Source of the DNA: a virus
IMG/VR virus record: IMGVR_UViG_3300010413_000100
Span: 1-35,244 of that record
Length of the DNA stretch: 35,244 nucleotides
Strand: one strand, 5' to 3'
The position numbers and the translations under genes are program-made. This document shows, piece after piece, positions 26,931-34,230 of the stretch (its first letter is position 1; each line of letters begins with the position of its first letter). Below the pieces are notes generated by a model. The model did not search any database. It worked only from the letters and a program-made list of their open reading frames with translations, and was not told the origin of the DNA.

Positions 26931-26940
26931 AACTATAAAA

Positions 26941-27405
26941 ATGCTTAAAAAATTACTCAAATTGCTAAATAACTTAATTTTTTTCCAAATTTCGTCAAAA
27001 AATGAGGTTCTTTCTCACAACATCAAATATTTTGAACGATTAGAAGGTGTTGACCTTAAGCTTGTAAACATTCTCAAAAAAGTTTCTCTTAATTATCCTA
27101 TAGCCATAATGGCTAACGGAGGAAAGAGAGATTTAAAGACTCAAAGAATGCTTTTTAATGCTGGAAAAACTAAAACGATGAATTCAAAGCATTTAACCGG
27201 AAATGCTGCTGATGTATCCCCTGTAATTAATGGACGAATAAATATAAATAGCGAGTTAGATTTAGCTTATATGTGCGGATATATAAAAGCCGTTGCAGAT
27301 ATGGAATGTGTCCAATTGACACAAGGTTGTAAATGGAAAAGAAAAAGCATTGCTGATAATAAAAAGAATGGATTTTTAGATATGTATCATCAAGAGTTAA
27401 TCTAA
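26941..27405 (+). CDS. Endolysin, peptidase M15 (L-Ala-D-Glu peptidase-like)
   Basis: R..Q, SKHLTGNAAD (SxHxxGxAxD) and DMYHQEL Zn-binding motifs. ATG 26941 is preferred over the TTG 26878 that lies inside the structured RNA. Confidence 0.88.
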   Translation: MLKKLLKLLNNLIFFQISSKNEVLSHNIKYFERLEGVDLKLVNILKKVSLNYPIAIMANGGKRDLKTQRMLFNAGKTKTMNSKHLTGNAADVSPVINGRININSELDLAYMCGYIKAVADMECVQLTQGCKWKRKSIADNKKNGFLDMYHQELI

Positions 27406-27644
27406 TTTTTCTCCAACGTTGAATAACCCTCAATAAACCCTTCGTTTAGTTTATCCATTAAATCCAAGACCTCTTTTTGAGTATAGCCGTCTTTTGCTTT
27501 CTCCCCAAACCCAGCAATCTTTCCAACCCAAAAGCCTATTGCCTTTAAATTGTCTTCAAGATTTGGCTTTGTAACCAATTGACCCTTGACATTTTGAAGA
27601 AGTATTTTAGTTATGGATTTTTTAATAAATTTATTTTCATTCAT
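27402..27644 (-). CDS. Hypothetical protein, last gene of the leftward operon
   Basis: 80-aa ORF convergent with the endolysin, 4-nt overlap. Confidence 0.7.
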   Translation of the reverse strand: MNENKFIKKSITKILLQNVKGQLVTKPNLEDNLKAIGFWVGKIAGFGEKAKDGYTQKEVLDLMDKLNEGFIEGYSTLEKN

Positions 27645-27648
27645 TTTT

Positions 27649-27984
27649 TTAAATATTTAATTGTTTTAATCCCAATTTAATTACGTCATCTATACTTCTG
27701 ACAATATAATAATCAAAGCCTAATTTCTTAACTTCTTCCTCAAATTCCTTTTGTGTCTTGCTTTGTCTGCCTTTTTCTGTTTTTACTTCAAGAAAGATAG
27801 CCTTTCCGTTAGGCAATAATACTTCTAAATCTGCTACTCCGCTTGTTAATCCACTACAACTCATTAAATACCTTGTGTAATGATTAGGGAAATTAGCTCC
27901 ATTGGGAATTGAAAAAACTTTAATCCCTTTGTATCTAAGATATTGTATTATTGATGATTGTATGTTTAATTCTTCATTTCTCAT
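27649..27984 (-). CDS. VRR-NUC domain nuclease (Holliday junction resolvase-like)
   Basis: E..IQ..I...L, SGVADL, FLEVKTEKGRQS..Q and VRSIDDV motifs. Confidence 0.92.
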   Translation of the reverse strand: MRNEELNIQSSIIQYLRYKGIKVFSIPNGANFPNHYTRYLMSCSGLTSGVADLEVLLPNGKAIFLEVKTEKGRQSKTQKEFEEEVKKLGFDYYIVRSIDDVIKLGLKQLNI

Positions 27985-28102
27985 ATTTTTTTATTTTATA
28001 AACTATTCCGTCGATTACTCAATTGGTTAATCAAACGTTTTATCCTAATCATCTATAAATTTCTCATAATTTTTTTCCATTTCTTTTTTAGAAGTTAGTT
28101 TT

Positions 28103-28321
28103 TTAATTTCGTTTTGTTTTTCCATTTTTGTTTTTTAAATTATTAATAAATTCGTATAATTTTTTAATAGTTTTTTCAACTGTTTCGCTAACTGTTATAA
28201 CATCTACTTTTGATTTATCTAATATTATTTCATCATTAGACTCACCAATACAATAAATACCCTTTACAGTGTTTATTTCAACTAAAGAGAAAACTAAATT
28301 TTCATATTCACTTAACTTCAT
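28103..28321 (-). CDS. Hypothetical protein
   Basis: 72-aa ORF coupled to its neighbours. Confidence 0.65.
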   Translation of the reverse strand: MKLSEYENLVFSLVEINTVKGIYCIGESNDEIILDKSKVDVITVSETVEKTIKKLYEFINNLKNKNGKTKRN

Positions 28322-28701
28322 CTCTCCTCCTTATCCTTATTAAAAAACACACAATTATCTTCAATATACTTTTCTATTTCCTCTTGAGGTTTGTCTTTTT
28401 GGAGCATTTCAAGAATATTTTGAGTATGATACTCATAGGCTTTAAAACAAACAAAAATATCTCCGATATTCTCGTTACCATAATTTTTACTTATTTCTTT
28501 GTCTCCAAAAAATTGCGTCGCATATTCTACACAAATTTCATTAAGAATATCGTATGCCTTATAAAAATTTGATAAAGCACCTAATACCTCATCGTGATAA
28601 TCAGCAATAGATATATTACCTTTATAATAATATCTTTCGCTCTCCAACTCACAGCCATTTTCCTTAAGCTTCTTGCTAAATTCTAAACTTGTATACATCA
28701 C
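28318..28701 (-). CDS. Hypothetical phage protein
   Basis: 127-aa ORF; TSLEFSKKLKENG N-terminus is seen in small phage proteins; GGAGGAG SD. Confidence 0.7.
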   Translation of the reverse strand: MMYTSLEFSKKLKENGCELESERYYYKGNISIADYHDEVLGALSNFYKAYDILNEICVEYATQFFGDKEISKNYGNENIGDIFVCFKAYEYHTQNILEMLQKDKPQEEIEKYIEDNCVFFNKDKEER

Positions 28702-28994
28702 TCCTCCTCACATTGTTTAATTGATTTTATTAAATTATAAATTTTATGTGGATTTTCACTTTTTGTTACCTCTTCTTCGTCAGCACCATCATAATCATAT
28801 CCTCTATCAACTTTGTCAAGAGTAAGATAAAATTCTTTTTCGTTCTTAAATTTTAAAACTTTAAAATAAACTTCTTTAATAGTGAAATAAATATAAAATT
28901 TATTATAATATCTCTCTATTATTTGTTTTTTATCACATATATTAATTTTTTTAAGAGCATTTAATAAATCCTCAAACGTTTTAATTTCCTTCAT
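28698..28994 (-). CDS. Hypothetical protein
   Basis: 98-aa ORF with overlapping start and stop. Confidence 0.7.
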   Translation of the reverse strand: MKEIKTFEDLLNALKKINICDKKQIIERYYNKFYIYFTIKEVYFKVLKFKNEKEFYLTLDKVDRGYDYDGADEEEVTKSENPHKIYNLIKSIKQCEEE

Positions 28995-29235
28995 CTTCTT
29001 TTTCCTCCAATTCTCTTGCTTGTTCTTCTAAATTCATTTTAAAGAATTTATTAACATCTTTAAGGTAATAAAAAGCGGAAAATCCATCTTTCCAAGCACA
29101 AACTGTTTGACCTCGCATAAAGTAAGAAAAATCTTCAATATGTCTGCCATATTCTTTACATAATCTTTTAATGTCTTTATAAATAAAACCTTTCAACTTA
29201 ACCTCCTCATTTTTACTTAACTTGTTAACATACAA
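28981..29235 (-). CDS. Hypothetical protein (start uncertain)
   Basis: 84-aa ORF from TTG; an internal GAGGAGG-TTG start is also plausible. Confidence 0.6.
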   Translation of the reverse strand: MYVNKLSKNEEVKLKGFIYKDIKRLCKEYGRHIEDFSYFMRGQTVCAWKDGFSAFYYLKDVNKFFKMNLEEQARELEEKEDEGN

Positions 29236-29324
29236 AATAACTTAAACCCTTATAAATACTAACAGTTTTTATTTAACTGCTACTTAACTTGACCACTAAC
29301 TTGACCACTTTCTGGTCAAGTTGA

Positions 29325-29711
29325 CTATACAACAAAAACCCCGTTTCCTAAATCTTGAAAAGGTTGTTCTTCTCGGTTTGTTTCTTTGTAAACGTGAGCC
29401 GACCATTGTTTTAAGGCTTCAAGGATTTTTTTATAATAATAATCACTACCACAATTATTATATAAACAAACTCTATTATTTTTCTTTCTATTAATTCCTT
29501 GTAATCCTATATCAAAATTATAAGGAGATATTCGTAAATCTGGAATTCTTAAAGAATAAATATGAATATTTTTTTTAGCATAAAATTCTAAAACTTCGTG
29601 AGGATAAATTTTTTTGTTTCTTTTCTCTCTCCACTCTTCAGTTTGCTCATGTATTTGGAACGCCAAAGCCCCTTCAAACTTAACCAATTGAAATTTAAGA
29701 TTTGTTTTCAT
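29325..29711 (-). CDS. Hypothetical phage protein
   Basis: 128-aa ORF. Confidence 0.7.
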   Translation of the reverse strand: MKTNLKFQLVKFEGALAFQIHEQTEEWREKRNKKIYPHEVLEFYAKKNIHIYSLRIPDLRISPYNFDIGLQGINRKKNNRVCLYNNCGSDYYYKKILEALKQWSAHVYKETNREEQPFQDLGNGVFVV

Positions 29712-29714
29712 AAC

Positions 29715-29900
29715 TTATTCCTCTTTTATTAATTTTTTTAACATTTTTATTTTTTCTTTTGCGATCTTTGTTTTTAACTCTATATCGAAAGTATGAGTGC
29801 CTCTTTCTGCCTTTTGCAAAATATTTAAAACTTCTTTTTCATTTTGTATTAGTTTTTTAATTTTTTTAATTAGTTTTATATATTTTAAAAATTTAAACAT
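29715..29900 (-). CDS. Small basic hypothetical protein
   Basis: ATG 29900 in a TAATG overlap with GGAGG SD; the track's longer 29936 start is unlikely. Confidence 0.6.
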   Translation of the reverse strand: MFKFLKYIKLIKKIKKLIQNEKEVLNILQKAERGTHTFDIELKTKIAKEKIKMLKKLIKEE

Positions 29901-30073
29901 TATTCCTCCAAAATTTCTGCAACGTCCCAACCGCAAATATCGTTATATTTATCTTTATATTTTTCTCTTAAAATATCGCAAGTTGCTTGTAATAAAAATT
30001 CTGTACTTGCGTCTTCTTTTATATCACAAGCTAAATCCCAAGCTTCTTTTACTTCGTTTTTATCGTATTTCAT
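29900..30073 (-). CDS. 57-aa acidic protein (not in ORF track)
   Basis: MKYDKNEVKEAWDLACDIKEDASTEFLLQATCDILREKYKDKYNDICGWDVAEILEE; coupled to both neighbours by overlaps. Confidence 0.7.
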   Translation of the reverse strand: MKYDKNEVKEAWDLACDIKEDASTEFLLQATCDILREKYKDKYNDICGWDVAEILEE

Positions 30074-30246
30074 ACTTTCCTTTTTATTATTTTCTCCATT
30101 TTTTTAACATAAGCTTCTATTAAATCGCACATACATTGGGAATATTCTTTTTGTATATATTTATCGTCTGACTCAATCGCCTTTTTAAATTTTTGTTTTA
30201 GATTTTTTGAAATTTTAAAACCTATTCTATCATCTTTTGCTATCAT
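30070..30246 (-). CDS. Ribbon-helix-helix (Arc/CopG-like) DNA-binding protein, 58 aa (not in ORF track)
   Basis: MIAKDDRIGFKISKNLKQKFKKAIESDDKYIQKEYSQCMCDLIEAYVKK...; alternating beta-strand RIGFKIS followed by two helices. Confidence 0.6.
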   Translation of the reverse strand: MIAKDDRIGFKISKNLKQKFKKAIESDDKYIQKEYSQCMCDLIEAYVKKMEKIIKRKV

Positions 30247-30257
30247 ATTTTTTTTAC

Positions 30258-30755
30258 TTACTCCAATTTTTTAATAATCTCGTTGAACTCCTTACAATAA
30301 CTTGTTTGTTCAATCCCGCTCATCTTCATTTCTGCAATCAACAAATCAATTCCATCTCTTGCTTGTTTCTTCGTTGCATTACTCCAGCTATCCAAAATTT
30401 TAAATCTTGCTCGTTGAGGATAGTGAGCAGGTATCTCGTTCTTTTCCTTAACCTTAATCATCTTTTCCCCATTAAAATACAAATAGCATTTAATCAATCC
30501 TATTTTATTTTTGTAGTAATTCTTTAACTCATCAACATTGTTTGCTTGTTGAGAGAAACAACCAGAGCGAAAGAAAAGATTAAGCAAGCTATGGAAACAT
30601 TTATTTTGCTTATTTGTTTTCCAAGCCTCTATACTTTTTATGATTACAACAAAAGGTTCAATGCCTGTTTCTGTGAAGATTTTAGCTTTTCTTATGCCGA
30701 TTTCGTCTTCTAGTTCAGTAAAATCTCTTGTTCCTTTAATTATAAATTCTTTCAT
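30258..30755 (-). CDS. NinB/Orf-like recombination mediator
   Basis: KTNKQNKCFHSLL and SWSNATKKQARDGIDLL resemble NinB motifs; lies in the recombination block. Confidence 0.55.
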   Translation of the reverse strand: MKEFIIKGTRDFTELEDEIGIRKAKIFTETGIEPFVVIIKSIEAWKTNKQNKCFHSLLNLFFRSGCFSQQANNVDELKNYYKNKIGLIKCYLYFNGEKMIKVKEKNEIPAHYPQRARFKILDSWSNATKKQARDGIDLLIAEMKMSGIEQTSYCKEFNEIIKKLE

Positions 30756-30952
30756 TCAATCCAAATTTCTATTATTTTTAAGATTGGTATTAAACAACCG
30801 GTTATTTTAAAAATTATTACACAAATATTAAATATTTGCGTTTCTCTTAATTGACTAACGCTTACTAAAAGTAAAATTATTAAACAAAAATAGAATATTA
30901 TTAAATTAGTTTGAAATATTTTATTTAGTATTTTTTTTCTATTTTTTAACAT
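30752..30952 (-). CDS. Small two-TM membrane protein
   Basis: ATG 30952 gives MLKNRKK followed by two hydrophobic helices. Confidence 0.55.
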   Translation of the reverse strand: MLKNRKKILNKIFQTNLIIFYFCLIILLLVSVSQLRETQIFNICVIIFKITGCLIPILKIIEIWIE

Positions 30953-31163
30953 TATTTCTCCTCTTTTTTTTATTAAAATTCTTCTTATCAGCATATCGAT
31001 AAAAAGTAGCCCTACCAATTTTAAGCTTTTTACAAGCTTCAGTAGGTATCAATTTAAGCTTGTAAGTTAAATTGATTATCTTCTTTATAATTTTTCTTAG
31101 CGGTAATAATTCGCCTTGTTTATCTGTTATTTTTACGTATTCTTTATTGTTATTCATATCCAA
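30939..31163 (-). CDS. Small HTH DNA-binding protein (Hin/Fis-type)
   Basis: TEACKKLKIGRATFYRY helix-turn-helix signature. Confidence 0.75.
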   Translation of the reverse strand: MDMNNNKEYVKITDKQGELLPLRKIIKKIINLTYKLKLIPTEACKKLKIGRATFYRYADKKNFNKKKRRNNVKK

Positions 31164-31773
31164 ATTTTTTTGCTAATTTATAAGTTAATTCACAGTCTTT
31201 TAAACAATATTCTTTTAATTTTTTTATTCCTTCTTCGGTTTTCATCAATTCGGGAATTTCTTTGACATCAAATTCAATTTTCTTTTCTCCTAAATAAACA
31301 GCGCTTAATAAATCCAAGCTTTTATATTCTCCATATCTACAATATTCAGACATTAAATCCACGTGCATATTAGTAGCATTATATTTATCGCACCATACTT
31401 TTAATTCCCAAATACGAACTAATCTATAATACAAAGCACGTTTTATTATAAAATTAAAATCAAACCCCTTTCCATTATAAGTTACAATTTGTGCCAAATT
31501 TATATTTGGTAAAAATTCAAATAAAAATTTTTGTAATATTTCTTTTTCTTCTCCAACTAAAACTTCTTTTTTATCCTCTCCATAAATTCCTATACAAGCA
31601 ATTTTGCCAAATTCGGGACAAAGAGCCATTTTCTCTATTTGTATTTGTCTTTTTGCCTCAATATCCTCTTTTATCTTTTTTTCGTCTTTTAAATTTGCTT
31701 TTGCTTTTACTTCCGGTAATAAACAAATTGCCTCTTCATTTGGTATTGTTTCAATGTCTATTGCGTAAATCAT
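31150..31773 (-). CDS. DEDD 3'-5' exonuclease (PolB-exonuclease-like)
   Basis: Exo I DIET, Exo II YNGKGFD and Exo III YCLKD motifs. Confidence 0.9.
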   Translation of the reverse strand: MIYAIDIETIPNEEAICLLPEVKAKANLKDEKKIKEDIEAKRQIQIEKMALCPEFGKIACIGIYGEDKKEVLVGEEKEILQKFLFEFLPNINLAQIVTYNGKGFDFNFIIKRALYYRLVRIWELKVWCDKYNATNMHVDLMSEYCRYGEYKSLDLLSAVYLGEKKIEFDVKEIPELMKTEEGIKKLKEYCLKDCELTYKLAKKFGYE

Positions 31774-32393
31774 TTCTCCTCCTTTAATAAATCAATTTTC
31801 TTTTTTGCCTTCTCAATCAATTCATCATAATCGGCTTTTGAATTTAATTTTAAATAATTCCATTTATGTTTATAAACTTCTTTTGTCTTTTGCACTTCTT
31901 CTATTGTTTGAGCGTGTTCAATAGCTTCATCAATTTCAATTTTATTGGCTTCAACATCTTTCATCTTCTCTTTTTTCTTTTCCTTTCCGTGTTTATTTGT
32001 TCCGTCACTATCTTTTGTATCATCAATCAAAAATAAGCCATTAAGCGCGTATTTACGAGCATAACTTGAACTTGAGCCTGTAATCTGTGAGCCGTCTTGT
32101 CCTTTTTTGTTTTCTTCTTCTCTTGCAAAAGCACAAGCGGAAAGTTTTTTATCTTCATTTTTAATATCATAAATTGTTGCAGTTGCTTTTATGTAATACC
32201 TACTACCTATTAATATTAAATCATCAGTTATTACAAGACTTAATCCGTGTTTAGAAAGCAAAGGTTTTAATGCTTCCAAAATATCTTCGCAACTTCTATA
32301 TTTATATTTTCCAAAAGCGTTAAACTGATTTTTAGGTGCTTTTAATTCAGTTTGAATTGCGCCTAATTTTTCGTATATTCCAACTTTGTTCAT
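31770..32393 (-). CDS. erf: ERF-family single-strand annealing protein
   Basis: ELKAPKNQFNAFGKYKYRSCEDILEALKPLL and GSSSSYARKYALNGLFLIDD motifs. Confidence 0.93.
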   Translation of the reverse strand: MNKVGIYEKLGAIQTELKAPKNQFNAFGKYKYRSCEDILEALKPLLSKHGLSLVITDDLILIGSRYYIKATATIYDIKNEDKKLSACAFAREEENKKGQDGSQITGSSSSYARKYALNGLFLIDDTKDSDGTNKHGKEKKKEKMKDVEANKIEIDEAIEHAQTIEEVQKTKEVYKHKWNYLKLNSKADYDELIEKAKKKIDLLKEEK

Positions 32394-32632
32394 TTTTTCT
32401 CCTTATGATTTTTACATTTATAAGTATTCAATTTCTGTTTTAAACGTGGATAAATCCAATGTTTTTTTGCTTCAAATCCCCAACATTTTATTTTAGTTTT
32501 TTTGCATTTTTTACAAATTAGAGAATTAAAAAAGCAATAATCAAATGGTTCTCCTTTTTTTGTCCAAGTTCCTATACTACTTTTAACTAATTTATAATCG
32601 TGATTACAAAATAATGATTTAAAAAATCCCAT
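32390..32632 (-). CDS. Small Cys/His Zn-binding protein (DUF1660-like)
   Basis: LFCNHDY...CKKC pattern. Confidence 0.55.
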   Translation of the reverse strand: MGFFKSLFCNHDYKLVKSSIGTWTKKGEPFDYCFFNSLICKKCKKTKIKCWGFEAKKHWIYPRLKQKLNTYKCKNHKEKK

Positions 32633-32781
32633 TATTTCCCCTCCTGTAAATAATAATCCAAATCTTGCAAATCATCGTCATTACTTCTTGACATTGCGTT
32701 TATTTGTTCTTGCTCAATATCATCTATAATCTTGAGAATATTTTCGCAATTTTGCGCTATGTTATTTATTGTTTCTAACAT
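32632..32781 (-). CDS. 49-aa acidic protein (not in ORF track)
   Basis: MLETINNIAQNCENILKIIDDIEQEQINAMSRSNDDDLQDLDYYLQEGK; AGGAG SD; TAATG overlap with the next gene. Confidence 0.7.
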   Translation of the reverse strand: MLETINNIAQNCENILKIIDDIEQEQINAMSRSNDDDLQDLDYYLQEGK

Positions 32782-33016
32782 TTTTCTCCTTTTCCTTATC
32801 AATTTTTTTACTTAATTCCGTTTTAATAAAATCCCATTCGCAGTTTTTATCTCTAAACCATAACAAGCCTGTTTCTAAATTAAGCCTTTGGTCGTAGCGA
32901 TTATATGCGAGGTCGTGTCCTAATTTTATTTCTTTAATTACTTTTTTATCATATTTTATAGCCGATTTTTTAATATAAACTTCACCATTTATCTCTATTT
33001 CATTTTTTTTATTCAT
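32762..33016 (-). CDS. Hypothetical protein, first gene of the leftward operon
   Basis: 84-aa ORF with NEIEINGEVYIKKS motif. Confidence 0.7.
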   Translation of the reverse strand: MNKKNEIEINGEVYIKKSAIKYDKKVIKEIKLGHDLAYNRYDQRLNLETGLLWFRDKNCEWDFIKTELSKKIDKEKEKNVRNNK

Positions 33017-33058
33017 TATATACCTTTTTTATATTAATAATTAATTCAAACTAACACA

Positions 33059-33086
33059 ATTATACATCATAAATACAAATAAGCAA
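33059..33086 (-). promoter_or_regulatory. Leftward promoter TTGCTT-N16-TATAAT
   Basis: -35 at 33081-33086 and -10 at 33059-33064, upstream of the recombination operon. Confidence 0.6.
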
Positions 33087-33220
33087 ATAGCCTATAAATA
33101 AAGAATGGACATAAATCATAGTTTTATTTTGATACAACTTATCTGGCTAGGCACAATTAACGTTATTCGAACTATGAAAGTGAATCTTGTAGGGGGAACT
33201 GGTGGAATTTACTGATTAAC

Positions 33221-33253
33221 AAAAAAAGTATCTACAAATTAATGTAGATACTT
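33221..33253 (-). terminator. Intrinsic terminator (minus strand)
   Basis: Perfect 11-bp stem AAGTATCTACA/TGTAGATACTT with an A7 run on its left, read as a U tract on the minus strand. Confidence 0.8.
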
Positions 33254-33322
33254 AAACCAATAATAAATAATATTATTATTAATAAAAACACTATGAAATT
33301 TAAAAAAAATATTGTTAATCTC

Positions 33323-33351
33323 ATTATGAACTTGTAAATCCTAATAGTCAA
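33323..33351 (-). promoter_or_regulatory. Leftward promoter TTGACT-N17-CATAAT
   Basis: -35 at 33346-33351 and -10 at 33323-33328. Confidence 0.5.
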
Positions 33352-33413
33352 GCTAATTTATATCGTCTCAAAATAAAACAGCATTAATCATAAACACTTA
33401 TAAATAAAGCAAG

Positions 33414-33442
33414 TTGACAAATCAGAAATATAATGTAATAAT
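33414..33442 (+). promoter_or_regulatory. Rightward promoter candidate (TTGACA, imperfect -10)
   Basis: TTGACA 33414-33419 with TAATAA/AATAAT 16-17 nt downstream; divergent from the leftward promoters. Confidence 0.45.
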
Positions 33443-33528
33443 TTGTTTACTTGATTAAAATTTAACTTGATTATTTATACAGATAACATTGAGTTATATA
33501 AATAATTAAACCATTTAATTAGGTTCAC

Positions 33529-33655
33529 GTGGGGGAAGAGGCAATAATTTCTGTTAATTGTTGCATTACCACTCTCTCCCCACTCATTCAACCAACCGTA
33601 TGGGCGGAGAGCAATGTTTTAAAGCGTTGTTCTCCAAGAGGGGAGAAATCCCCTC
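33529..33655 (+). ncRNA. Candidate structured leader RNA (three helical domains)
   Basis: Helices 33529-40/33572-83, 33541-49/33556-64, 33606-16/33625-35 and a GAAA-tetraloop hairpin 33638-44/33649-55; multiple G-U pairs. Confidence 0.7.
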
Positions 33656-33673
33656 ATAACAAAGGGAGGAATT

Positions 33674-33856
33674 ATGTTAGTGTATTTAGAAAATGGAAGT
33701 GAAAAGAGATTTACTTCTTATAACTCAAGACAATCCTTAAGCGATTTATTAGATGACATTAAAATAATCTTTGCTAATTTGACTAATGATTTAAGAGTCA
33801 AATTGCCTAATCAAAAATGGAAAAGTTTTGAGGAATTAAACAATAAAAAAGGATAA
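33674..33856 (+). CDS. Hypothetical early protein
   Basis: 60 aa, strong GGGAGG SD directly after the structured leader. Confidence 0.75.
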   Translation: MLVYLENGSEKRFTSYNSRQSLSDLLDDIKIIFANLTNDLRVKLPNQKWKSFEELNNKKG

Positions 33857-33858
33857 AT

Positions 33859-34035
33859 ATGTATAGAAGTGAAGAATACTCATCAGCATACGCAGAAAAG
33901 CGTTTAGATGAGATAGTTAGGGAAGTTGAAAGGGAGGAGAAGGAGAAAGAGATAAATAAGGCTTTATCTTCTCCCGAACAATTAAGACAATCCATGATGA
34001 ATTATTTATTAAAGAAAAAGTTTAAATTAAAATGA
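33859..34035 (+). CDS. 58-aa protein (not in ORF track)
   Basis: MYRSEEYSSAYAEKRLDEIVREVEREEKEKEINKALSSPEQLRQSMMNYLLKKKFKLK; AAGGA SD; ATGA overlap with the 34032 ORF. Confidence 0.7.
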   Translation: MYRSEEYSSAYAEKRLDEIVREVEREEKEKEINKALSSPEQLRQSMMNYLLKKKFKLK

Positions 34036-34229
34036 ATGATAAAGGCTATGTTATAAGAAATACTGAAAAATGTCGTAAAAAAGACATAGAAATTCTCGAT
34101 ATGTTTGGAAAGGAAACTATTTTTAATTCTTATGAAGAGGCTGATAAATTTAGAATGAGTTTGCCTTTCAATATATTTAAAAGATGTAAAGTTTATAACT
34201 TAAATGAACTACTTAATAAATTAAAATAA
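34032..34229 (+). CDS. Hypothetical protein
   Basis: 65-aa ORF coupled to its neighbours. Confidence 0.65.
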   Translation: MNDKGYVIRNTEKCRKKDIEILDMFGKETIFNSYEEADKFRMSLPFNIFKRCKVYNLNELLNKLK

Positions 34230-34230
34230 T

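Noticed and set aside
26878-26940. ORF-track N-terminal extension of the endolysin from TTG 26878
   Set aside because: It overlaps the helices of the structured RNA and adds a non-conserved-looking basic peptide; ATG 26941 gives a normal-sized M15 enzyme.
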